Source: Aquimarina pacifica (GTDB lineage: Bacteria > Bacteroidota > Bacteroidia > Flavobacteriales > Flavobacteriaceae). From it: a stretch of 32,000 nt of DNA. Made by a program: the position numbers and the translations under genes. Below are positions 6,933 to 14,755 of this stretch, one piece after another (position 1 is the stretch's first letter; each line of letters starts with the position of its first letter). The DNA is taken from positions 1 to 32,000 of the forward strand of contig NZ_JACC01000042.1 of the NCBI RefSeq assembly GCF_000520955.1. Direction: 5' to 3'. The notes under the pieces were generated by a model. The model was not told the origin of the DNA, did not search any database, and saw only the letters and a program-made list of their open reading frames with translations.

Positions 6933-7972
6933 TCATTACAAGGAGGAACGACGAAGTAATCTTACTAATGGGAATGCTATATTATACAGATTGCTGCACT
7001 ACGTTCGCAATGACGCGTTGTATGTCATTACGAGGAGGAACGACGAAGTAATCTTATTAATTAGAGTAATTAGATTATATAGATTGCTTCACTACGTTCG
7101 CAATGACGTGTTGTATTGTCATTACGAGGAGGAACGACGAAGTAATCTTACTAATGGGAATCTATATTATACAGATTGCTTCACTACGTTCGCAATGACG
7201 TGTTATTGTCATTACGAGGAGGGACGACGAAGTAATCTTACTAATGGGAATCTATATTATACAGATTGCTTCACTACGTTCGCAATGACGTGTTGTATGT
7301 CATTACAAGGAGTAACGACGAAGTAATCTTATTAATGAGAATAATTAGATTATATAGATTGCTACACTACGTTCGCAATGACGTGTTGTATGTCATTACG
7401 AGGAGGAACGACGAAGTAATCTTATTAATTAGAGTAATTAGATTATATAGATTGCTTCACTACGTTCGCAATGACGTGTTGTATTGTCATTACGAGGAGG
7501 AACGACGAAGTAATCTTACTAATGGGAATCTATATTATACAGATTGCTTCACTACGTTCGCAATGACGTGTTATTGTCATTACGAGGAGGGACGACGAAG
7601 TAATCTTACTAATGGGAATCTATATTATACAGATTGCTTCACTACGTTCGCAATGACGTGTTGTATGTCATTACAAGGAGTAACGACGAAGTAATCTTAT
7701 TAATGAGAATAATTAGATTATATAGATTGCTACACTACGTTCGCAATGACGTGTTGTATGTCATTACGAGGAGGAACGACGAAGTAATCTTATTGATGAG
7801 AATAATTAGATTATAGAGATTGCTTCACTATGTTCGCAATGACGCATTATTGTCATTACGAGGAGGGACGACGAAGTAATCTTACTAATGAGAATGCTAT
7901 ATTATATAGATTGCTTCACTACGTTCGCAATGACGTGTTATTGTCATTACGAGGAGGAACGACGAAGTAATC
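6933..7972. repeat. tandem hairpin-unit array, right block (12 units of 90-94 bp, including ~2.2 copies of a 368-bp higher-order repeat)
   Basis: The TCATTAC motif recurs at 6933, 7025, 7119, 7209, 7300, 7393, 7487, 7577, 7668, 7761, 7853 and 7944. Pairs 7025/7393, 7119/7487, 7209/7577, 7300/7668 and 7393/7761 are each exactly 368 bp apart. Confidence 0.95.
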
Positions 7973-8020
7973 TTTTAAAAATAGAAAGAAATTGTTCAAA
8001 TGGTAATGAGATAGGTAACA

Positions 8021-9142
8021 TTACATATTTAACCATTGTTTGAACTCAGAAGCCTTATTTTTGCTAATAATGATTTCTACCGAAGAATCAGGTCGTACTA
8101 ATATCTTAAGCTGACTATTACCATATTTTATAATTTTTTCTATTGCCGCAATGCTAATTATAAATTGTCTATTTGCTCTAAAAAATATAGTAGTATCTAG
8201 GTTTGTATAAATATCATCAAGGCTATTATTACTAGTAGACTTTTTACCATCCTTAGATATAACATAAGTGATCGTGTTTTCTGTATAGATATAGGCAATC
8301 TCTGAAATTGCAATAGGAATTAATTCGTGTCTAATATAAGTAAGGATTCTTTTTTTACCAGAATCAGATAGGGACTCAGGTACATCCTCTTGAGTATCAA
8401 TTTCTGAGACCACTTTTTGTTGGTATGCAACAAGGTCTGTGTTAAGCTTCGATAAACTTATAACTTCGGTCTCTAAGTTTGTGTTTTTAAGTTCTAGTTG
8501 TTTTTCATAATTACTACCAATTAATCGAACAGCCAAAAATGAAGATAAAATGATAAGAACTCCCATTATAATAAATATATAGTAGAAGTTTCTTCGCAGT
8601 TTTTTCATCTGATCAGACATTTTTCCTACATTAATATGAGCCGCAACGATCCAATCAGAATTTTTTACAGGAGCTATATGTATGATTTCTGATGCTATCT
8701 CGAATGAATCAATACTTTGGGAACTATTAGATTTTTTTCTATTAATAAGAATTTCATATAATTCATCAGAGTTGATTTCTTGATTGGCAGAAGATAGAAG
8801 TAACTTATTCGAACTTACTTTTAGTCCTACTTTTGTAATATCAGGGTGACAGATTTCTTTTCCTGACCAGTCAAATAAACAAATGAAGCCAGTTTCGGTA
8901 TTAGAATTTTCTATTGTTTTTTGAACATCAGAAATGACTTTAGTTTTATCAATTCCTCCCTCAAGAAGAAACCCAATTAAATTAGCCATCTCGTTGGCTT
9001 CTCGTTTACTGGATTCTATTTGTACTTCGATTTGCTGGTTGGCACTTACTCTAATAAAATAGTGAACACTTAGAGAAGCTATAATCAAAAAAATAATTGA
9101 TATAGAGATAAAAGTCAGAAAATATAATTTGTCTTTTTTCAT
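8021..9142 (-). CDS. membrane-bound one-component regulator: TM, Cache-like sensor, TM, coiled coil, LytTR DNA-binding domain
   Basis: 373 aa with two hydrophobic segments (residues ~8-30 and ~185-207). The extracytoplasmic block GFICLFDWSGKEICHPD resembles Cache-domain signatures. The C-terminal ~100 aa (ILTYIRHELIPIAISEIAYIYTENTITYV...FFRANRQFIISIAAIEKI) match the LytTR pattern. No receiver domain. Confidence 0.8.
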   Translation of the reverse strand: MKKDKLYFLTFISISIIFLIIASLSVHYFIRVSANQQIEVQIESSKREANEMANLIGFLLEGGIDKTKVISDVQKTIENSNTETGFICLFDWSGKEICHPDITKVGLKVSSNKLLLSSANQEINSDELYEILINRKKSNSSQSIDSFEIASEIIHIAPVKNSDWIVAAHINVGKMSDQMKKLRRNFYYIFIIMGVLIILSSFLAVRLIGSNYEKQLELKNTNLETEVISLSKLNTDLVAYQQKVVSEIDTQEDVPESLSDSGKKRILTYIRHELIPIAISEIAYIYTENTITYVISKDGKKSTSNNSLDDIYTNLDTTIFFRANRQFIISIAAIEKIIKYGNSQLKILVRPDSSVEIIISKNKASEFKQWLNM

Positions 9143-9476
9143 GTGGTTAAGGTCACTTATTTGGGGTTTGGGGTATTAATAAAACGACTAATAAAGAGTT
9201 TTATTAATAAGACGAAAATAATATTTTTTTAGAAAATCATTTTAATTCCTTATTCCGAGTTTAATTTTTACGGGGAAATCTCTCAAAATTATACTAATTC
9301 TTTTATATGTGTTTTGTAGGTTTTCTCTGAGTTAGTCTGTATAATCAAAATTACCATAAACCCGAATGGTATTTTTTCCTTTTCAACACTATTTTTTTCC
9401 TCTTCGCATAGGTTTTTTGGCAAATTCCTTCTAATAGTTATTCATTTGCCTAAGGTAATCCCAAAAACAGATAATC

Positions 9477-9620
9477 ATGAAAACAATAATTTCTAGCTTC
9501 ATATTATATTTTTTATATGCCGCAACACTTCTTGTACTTATAACAAGTTGTAGGAATGATGATTCATATATAACTGATGATTCTGAAGATATAGAGGATG
9601 CAGAAGATTTGACAACGTGA
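9477..9620 (+). CDS. small predicted lipoprotein (47 aa), possibly the 5' part of a frameshifted gene extending to 9756
   Basis: Manual translation gives MKTIISSFILYFLYAATLLVLITSCRNDDSYITDDSEDIEDAEDLTT*, with signal peptide and lipobox LITSC. The +1 frame continues protein-like (DNKKYFCRRFSSGQYFIPCFGGSVTVKPKDENTGTRIMIDVVFNV*, ending at 9756). Below the ORF-track size cutoff. Confidence 0.3.
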   Translation: MKTIISSFILYFLYAATLLVLITSCRNDDSYITDDSEDIEDAEDLTT

Positions 9621-10027
9621 TAACAAAAAATACTTCTGCCGGAGATTCTCATCTGGTCAATATTTTATACCATGCTTCGGGGGGAGCGTCACAGTAAAAC
9701 CAAAAGATGAGAATACCGGTACAAGAATAATGATCGATGTAGTATTTAATGTATAAGATGAGTTTTATAGTAATATTAAAGTTTTGATTCTCATTGTATA
9801 AAGTGTTAAATAATAAATAACGTTACCATTGATATAATAGATGTGTACAATAAAAATTTAAGTTCGTTTCGTTTGGTTATTTGAAGAAGGTATGGGAGTT
9901 TAGTATAACTATTCTCCCGTATACTTCTATTTATGTTAAAATTTTATAAATTGTAAAAAAAATATAGAGAATGATTGGTGGATACTTTTGATGAGAATTA
10001 ATTTTGAATATGAGGTTGCTCAAGCCT

Positions 10028-10459
10028 ATGAATAAAAAAAACAAAATAATATATTTGACAGGAGGTATTGCACTATTTTTTGGTCTTTTTTTGTGGATAA
10101 ATAAAGGAGAATCTATTGATGTTACCACCATTTCTACAGAGGTAGGAATACGTTCGGAAGTATTGATATCTAAGTTTCGCGAAAATGAAGAATTAGCGAA
10201 TTCTATGTATACCGAAAAAGTAATAGAAATTAGTGGTGTCATAAAAGAAATCACTTTTTTGAACAATAGAACAACGATTGTATTGTATGGTAATGATAAA
10301 GGATCTTACATATTATGTGATATGCAATCAAGTCAAAAACAAGAAGTCAAAGACCTTAAAAAAGATCAAAACGTTTCAATAAAAGGTATTTGCAAAGGAT
10401 TTCTTAAAGATGTTATAGTGTTAAACTGTATTTTGATTAATAAAAAAATGGATGAATAA
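10028..10459 (+). CDS. membrane-anchored OB-fold protein (tRNA_anti-like family), paralog B
   Basis: Same architecture and conserved C-terminal block (KKDQNVSIKGICKGFLKDVIVLNCILI) as ORF 4765-5190. Start trimmed from 10004 to MNKKNKIIYLTGGIALFFGLFLW. Overlaps the next gene by 8 nt. Confidence 0.7.
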   Translation: MNKKNKIIYLTGGIALFFGLFLWINKGESIDVTTISTEVGIRSEVLISKFRENEELANSMYTEKVIEISGVIKEITFLNNRTTIVLYGNDKGSYILCDMQSSQKQEVKDLKKDQNVSIKGICKGFLKDVIVLNCILINKKMDE

Positions 10460-10997
10460 AATTCTAGCTCTCGTATTTTTTTTGATAACCATTACCAGCT
10501 TTGATTCAAAATCAGATCAGGTAATCGCGCGTCAGGGACAGGTTTCTTTTTTTTCTTATACTTCTGTAGAAAATATTGAAGCAAAAAATAATCAAGTGTT
10601 AAGCATTCTTGATCTGTCAAAAAATGAAATAGCCATCAGTATGCTCATGCGAGCGTTTGTATTTGAGAAATCACTTATGCACGAGCATTTTAATGAGAGC
10701 TATATAGAATCAGACATATATCCCAAAGCTACTTTTGAAGGTGCAATCGTAAATTTTGATCCACTAGCAGAAAAGCAAGTGAGAATCATAAAAGGAATAT
10801 TAAGTATTCATGGTATTGATAAAGAAATAGAAATAAAAACTACTATTGAGAATACGAATGAATCCTATATTCTAGAGGGAGACTTTACGGTAGAGGTTAA
10901 GGATTTTGATATCAAAATCCCGCCACTATTAGCAAGCAACATAGCAAAAACTATATCAATAAAATTTAGATTCGAATATCAGCCGTATGAACAATAG
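10452..10997 (+). CDS. YceI-family protein, paralog B
   Basis: 181 aa with a signal peptide. Contains SFFSYTSVENIEAKNNQVLSILD...EHFNESYIESDIYPKATFEG. Confidence 0.85.
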   Translation: MNKILALVFFLITITSFDSKSDQVIARQGQVSFFSYTSVENIEAKNNQVLSILDLSKNEIAISMLMRAFVFEKSLMHEHFNESYIESDIYPKATFEGAIVNFDPLAEKQVRIIKGILSIHGIDKEIEIKTTIENTNESYILEGDFTVEVKDFDIKIPPLLASNIAKTISIKFRFEYQPYEQ

Positions 10998-11892
10998 CAC
11001 ATGTTTTGTTTTATGTTTTTTTATAATGATGACATTGAGTATATCGGGACATGCCCAGAATTTACTTGATGCATTAGAAAAAGAGTATCCCGATACACCT
11101 CAGTATGAGATGGCTACTTTTAAGACCACGCGAATTGCATTGGGACATTCTATAGAAAATCGAAAAAAAGGAGTATTAGAAATAAGAACGACCAATAGAT
11201 TTTGGAATCTTCCTAATAATCAAGATAGTCAAAGTTTTTTTGTTGACAAAGTAAGTAGCAGAATAGCACTTGAGTACGGAGTTTCTGATAGAATGACAAT
11301 CGGGGTAGGAGGAACTACCTTTGATGGTGTTTTTGATGGTTTTCTAAAATATAAATTGATTAGACAGCGTAGTGATGCTAAAGGCTCTCCTCTAAGTGTT
11401 ACACTATTTCAAGGAGGATCCTATAGAAGCAAGCGGTTCGGAAATATTAATGCATTTGATGAGTTTTATGATAAAGTAGCTTTGACAAGCCAAGTATTAA
11501 TTGCACATAAATTTAATCCCAAATTTTCAGTACAATTGGCACCTACTTTTATTCATAGAGGGTCAACCGTTTTTGAAGAAGATCCAGAAAATCAATTTGC
11601 ATTGGGTATTGCAGCGAGACATAAGATAGGTGGTCATGCGTCAATAATATCAGAATATTATCATGTAATGAATCCCCTAGAATCTATTGATACTTATAAT
11701 GCCTTTGCACTAGGTGTAAATTGGGAGTTAAGTGATGTAATGTTACAATTCTATATGACAAATGCAAGAAGTACGGTAGAAGACGCATTTATAACACAAA
11801 CAACAAATAACTTTAATTTTAAAGATGGAAATTTTCACTTTGGCTTTAATGCAACATTTATTTTACACTTAAAGAACAAAAAACTAAAGTGA
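10987..11892 (+). CDS. predicted outer-membrane beta-barrel protein (DUF5777-like), paralog B
   Basis: 301 aa with a signal peptide. The N-terminal LLDALEKEYPDTPQYEMATFKTTRIALGHSIEN parallels paralog A. C-terminal FHFGFNATFIL strand. Overlaps the upstream gene by 11 nt, consistent with an operon. Confidence 0.7.
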   Translation: MNNSTCFVLCFFIMMTLSISGHAQNLLDALEKEYPDTPQYEMATFKTTRIALGHSIENRKKGVLEIRTTNRFWNLPNNQDSQSFFVDKVSSRIALEYGVSDRMTIGVGGTTFDGVFDGFLKYKLIRQRSDAKGSPLSVTLFQGGSYRSKRFGNINAFDEFYDKVALTSQVLIAHKFNPKFSVQLAPTFIHRGSTVFEEDPENQFALGIAARHKIGGHASIISEYYHVMNPLESIDTYNAFALGVNWELSDVMLQFYMTNARSTVEDAFITQTTNNFNFKDGNFHFGFNATFILHLKNKKLK

Positions 11893-11938
11893 TATAATAA
11901 GAGGAGGATTTATAGTATAAAATCAGATTTAAAAGGTA

Positions 11939-12835
11939 TTATGATTTTTTGGATTGTAGGGTACTATCCGGTAGGGGGATATAATCGGTCTCACCTTGTA
12001 CCATTTTAAAATCTTTGTTGATCCAGTCTTTTTTTGCCTTTTCGATTGTATCTCTACGCGAAGAAACAAAATTCCATTCAATGTGGCGTTCTTCCTCAAA
12101 AGGCGCTCCACCAAAAAGTAACAATCTTGTGTTTTCTCCCATAGTAAAAGAACAAGCATCATTTACTTTGGATATAAGCATATTACCATTTTCTATGCTA
12201 TCGTTGCAGGCTTCTATGTATCCTTCAACGACACAAATTCCGATTTCTCCCTTCAGATTTCCTTTAACAGAAATAGTTGATTTTTCTTTTGAAATAAGTT
12301 GTATCATAAACAAATCCGAATATACAGGTACGGGAGATTTTTTGCCATACCCTTGTCCCGCAATTAATGTGTATTCAACTCCCTTTTCTGACCAACTAGG
12401 TAACTCAGACTTTTCGGTATGCGAGAATTCTGGTTGTATATCTTCTTTATCCTTAGGGAGAGCCACCCATATCTGAAATCCATGAACGGGATATATATTA
12501 CCGTCTCTCATTTCTTTGGGAGTACGTTCGGTATGTACTACACCTTTTCCTGCGGTCATCCAGCCAACATTACCGGGTTTTATTGTCTTTACAGCGCCGG
12601 TACTATCACGATGCACAATTTCTCCTTCAAAAAGGTAGGTGAGCGTAGAGAGTCCTATATGCGGATGCTGACCCACATCCATAAATGTTTTAGGTCCGAT
12701 TTGAGAAGGCCCCATGTGATCTATAAAACAAAAAGGACCAACCATTCTCTTTTTTCTAAAAGGTATGAGTCTTCCTACCAAAAAATCCCCAATATCTCTA
12801 CTACGTTCTTCTATAATAATTCTGGTATTTGACAT
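11939..12835 (-). CDS. pirin family protein (bicupin)
   Basis: 298 aa. PFCFIDHMGP...GQHPHIGLSTLTYLFEGEIVHRDSTG...GVVHTE is the classic pirin N-terminal cupin metal-binding region. Confidence 0.9.
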   Translation of the reverse strand: MSNTRIIIEERSRDIGDFLVGRLIPFRKKRMVGPFCFIDHMGPSQIGPKTFMDVGQHPHIGLSTLTYLFEGEIVHRDSTGAVKTIKPGNVGWMTAGKGVVHTERTPKEMRDGNIYPVHGFQIWVALPKDKEDIQPEFSHTEKSELPSWSEKGVEYTLIAGQGYGKKSPVPVYSDLFMIQLISKEKSTISVKGNLKGEIGICVVEGYIEACNDSIENGNMLISKVNDACSFTMGENTRLLLFGGAPFEEERHIEWNFVSSRRDTIEKAKKDWINKDFKMVQGETDYIPLPDSTLQSKKS

Positions 12836-12920
12836 AGGACTTATAAATAAAGTGAACTAATTAATTTAATACTATCCTTTATAATTAATGAATAATAGGT
12901 AGACTGATTTGTTGGGATTG

Positions 12921-13139
12921 CTAAGAAGTAGGATCTTCGTAACTCAATGCTCCCGACGGGCATGCGTCAATTTGGTTTTTTAGATCTTTTATAGATGCTT
13001 TTTCTGGGGTAATCCAAGGTTTTTCTTTGGGCTTATAAACTTGTGGTAGTGTTTTTACACAGGTTCCTGCATGAATACATTTTTCTGGTTTCCAGATAAT
13101 AGTGAAATTATCTTTTTGATATTTTTTTATTATTTCCAT
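12921..13139 (-). CDS. divergent 4Fe-4S mono-cluster (ferredoxin-like) protein
   Basis: 72 aa. The pattern C-x-H-x3-C ... PW ... CPSGAL (KCIHAGTCVKT...KPWITPE...IDACPSGALSY) is typical of the Fer4_19-type small proteins. Confidence 0.7.
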   Translation of the reverse strand: MEIIKKYQKDNFTIIWKPEKCIHAGTCVKTLPQVYKPKEKPWITPEKASIKDLKNQIDACPSGALSYEDPTS

Positions 13140-13158
13140 TTTTTTGAACTATATAACT

Positions 13159-13449
13159 TTATGATCTTAATACGTCTTTTATGTCGTCTAATTTTTTAAA
13201 CATGGCATTAGCGAATGGACATAGAGGTAGTATCTTTAAGTTTTTCTCCCGGGCCATATGTACTATATGATACAAGAGTTTTTTACCGATACCTTGCCCG
13301 TTATATTCGGGTTCGACCTCTGTGTGATCAATGATAATAAAATCACTTCCCGGTATAGAATAGGTCATTAATCCAGCTTTTTTTTCTGATTCCCGAGCGA
13401 TGGCAACCCCTTTATTATCTCTTTCTTCTATTTCTATATCTATTTCCAT
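13159..13449 (-). CDS. small GNAT-like N-acetyltransferase (YjdJ type)
   Basis: 96 aa. HTEVEPEYNGQGIGKKLL...LKILPLCPFANAMFKK matches the short GNAT (Acetyltransf_CG-like) pattern. Confidence 0.75.
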   Translation of the reverse strand: MEIDIEIEERDNKGVAIARESEKKAGLMTYSIPGSDFIIIDHTEVEPEYNGQGIGKKLLYHIVHMAREKNLKILPLCPFANAMFKKLDDIKDVLRS

Positions 13450-13787
13450 TATAATTTAGTTTCTGACATGATCATAAGAACTAAAATAGGATTTAAAAGC
13501 TCTATATGAGATATTTATGTGTGGTTGGTATATTCTATAATTGAAGATATCAAAAAAAGTATGGAGAGACGCTATGAATTATAATTTTATTAACATGTTT
13601 TTAATCAAGTATATGCATTGTAAAATCTAATATTATATCTTATTATATCTTTGGGGTACTGCAAATGCTGCTATGCTTTTGTAATGAATGGTGCGAGGCG
13701 AGAATTTTTAAGCGTTATCATTTCATATAGATTAAAATTAAATTCGATAACTACTATTTTTGAAAATTTATCGATAAAACAATAATA

Positions 13788-14579
13788 ATGGCATTAAAAT
13801 TATTTGATTTAAAAGGAAAAATAGCCTTAGTAACGGGTGCTACTCATGGGTTGGGTCAAGCGATGGCCATAGGTTTGGGTAGGGCAGGAGCTACTTTAGT
13901 AATAAATGGAGCCTCCTCACAAGCCAAACTTGATAATGCAATTGCCGAATATAAAGCGTTAGACTTAAATGCTTATGGATATCTTTTTGATGTAACTGAT
14001 GAGGTTTCGGTGATCAAAAATATTAAAAGAATAGAACACGAGATTGGGGATATTGATATTTTGGTAAATAATGCAGGTATTATCAAAAGAACCCCTCTAG
14101 AGGATATGGATGTATCAGATTTTGAACAAGTAATAAAAGTAGATTTGGTAAGCCCGTTTATTATGTCTAAGCATGTTGTAAAAGGTATGATAAAAAGAAA
14201 AAAAGGTAAGATTATTAATATTTGCTCGATGATGAGTGAATTAGGACGTGATACTGTAGGGGCTTATGCAGCCGCCAAAGGAGGATTAAAAATGTTGACA
14301 CGTAATATGGCAACCGAGTGGGGCAAATATAATATTCAGGTAAATGGTATTGGTCCAGGTTATTTTGCGACAAGTCAGACTGCTCCCGTAAGAGTAGGAG
14401 GGCATCCATTTAATGAATTTATTATTGACAGAACACCGGCAGGTCGCTGGGGAGAGCCAGAAGATTTACAAGGGGCAGCAATTTTTTTGAGTACTAAAGC
14501 GAGTGATTTTGTAAATGGACAGATTATATATGTTGATGGTGGTATTCTAGCGACGATAGGAAAACCTTCTAATGAGTAA
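13788..14579 (+). CDS. SDR-family oxidoreductase (gluconate-5-dehydrogenase / KduD-like)
   Basis: 263 aa. TGATHGLG Rossmann motif, NNAG, catalytic S...YAAAK, PG motif. Confidence 0.9.
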   Translation: MALKLFDLKGKIALVTGATHGLGQAMAIGLGRAGATLVINGASSQAKLDNAIAEYKALDLNAYGYLFDVTDEVSVIKNIKRIEHEIGDIDILVNNAGIIKRTPLEDMDVSDFEQVIKVDLVSPFIMSKHVVKGMIKRKKGKIINICSMMSELGRDTVGAYAAAKGGLKMLTRNMATEWGKYNIQVNGIGPGYFATSQTAPVRVGGHPFNEFIIDRTPAGRWGEPEDLQGAAIFLSTKASDFVNGQIIYVDGGILATIGKPSNE

Positions 14580-14712
14580 AATAATCAGTAAATACACCAG
14601 ACGCTAGTAACTATTAGGATAAAAGTATGAGAAGACTAAAACCATTGTGCTCACAGTTTTTATTGATAGTTTAAAGTAATTAAGCATCGCGAGAAGAATT
14701 CAAAAAATTAAA

Positions 14713-14739
14713 GACCGTCTAAAGTAATTTTTGACGGCC
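14713..14739. terminator. bidirectional intrinsic terminator between convergent genes
   Basis: GACCGTC-N13-GACGGCC stem. T-rich run on the plus strand (TCTTATTTTTTTT) and on the minus strand (TTTAATTTTTT). Sits directly after the stop of the minus-strand gene at 14756. Confidence 0.6.
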
Positions 14740-14755
14740 TCTTATTTTTTTGAGG

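Noticed and set aside
5671-7816. Track ORFs 5671-5877(-), 6046-6489(+), 6991-7326(+), 7266-7694(+) and 7634-7816(+) as protein-coding genes
   Set aside because: They lie entirely inside the tandem array. Their translations are the 31-aa repeat read through (ITRRNDEVILLIRVIRLYRLLHYVRNDALYV...), they overlap each other in different frames, and they have no start context. They are artefacts of stop-free repeat DNA.
5781-7972. CRISPR array interpretation of the 93-bp periodic region
   Set aside because: The would-be spacers are not unique. The whole 93-bp unit repeats, with only three recurring linker variants. The period is too long for a repeat-plus-spacer pair with a 30-nt repeat, the conserved part is a long hairpin spanning unit boundaries, and no cas genes are nearby.
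9431-10266. Minus-strand ORFs 9431-9652 and 9931-10266
   Set aside because: The first is antisense to the better-supported small lipoprotein ORF. The second overlaps the start of the OB-fold paralog B and the AT-rich promoter region. Neither has a recognisable motif.
11929-12832. ORFs 11929-12162(-), 12015-12476(+) and 12419-12832(+) overlapping the pirin gene
   Set aside because: These are shadow ORFs inside or antisense to a confidently recognised pirin CDS. Their translations are low-complexity with no motifs.
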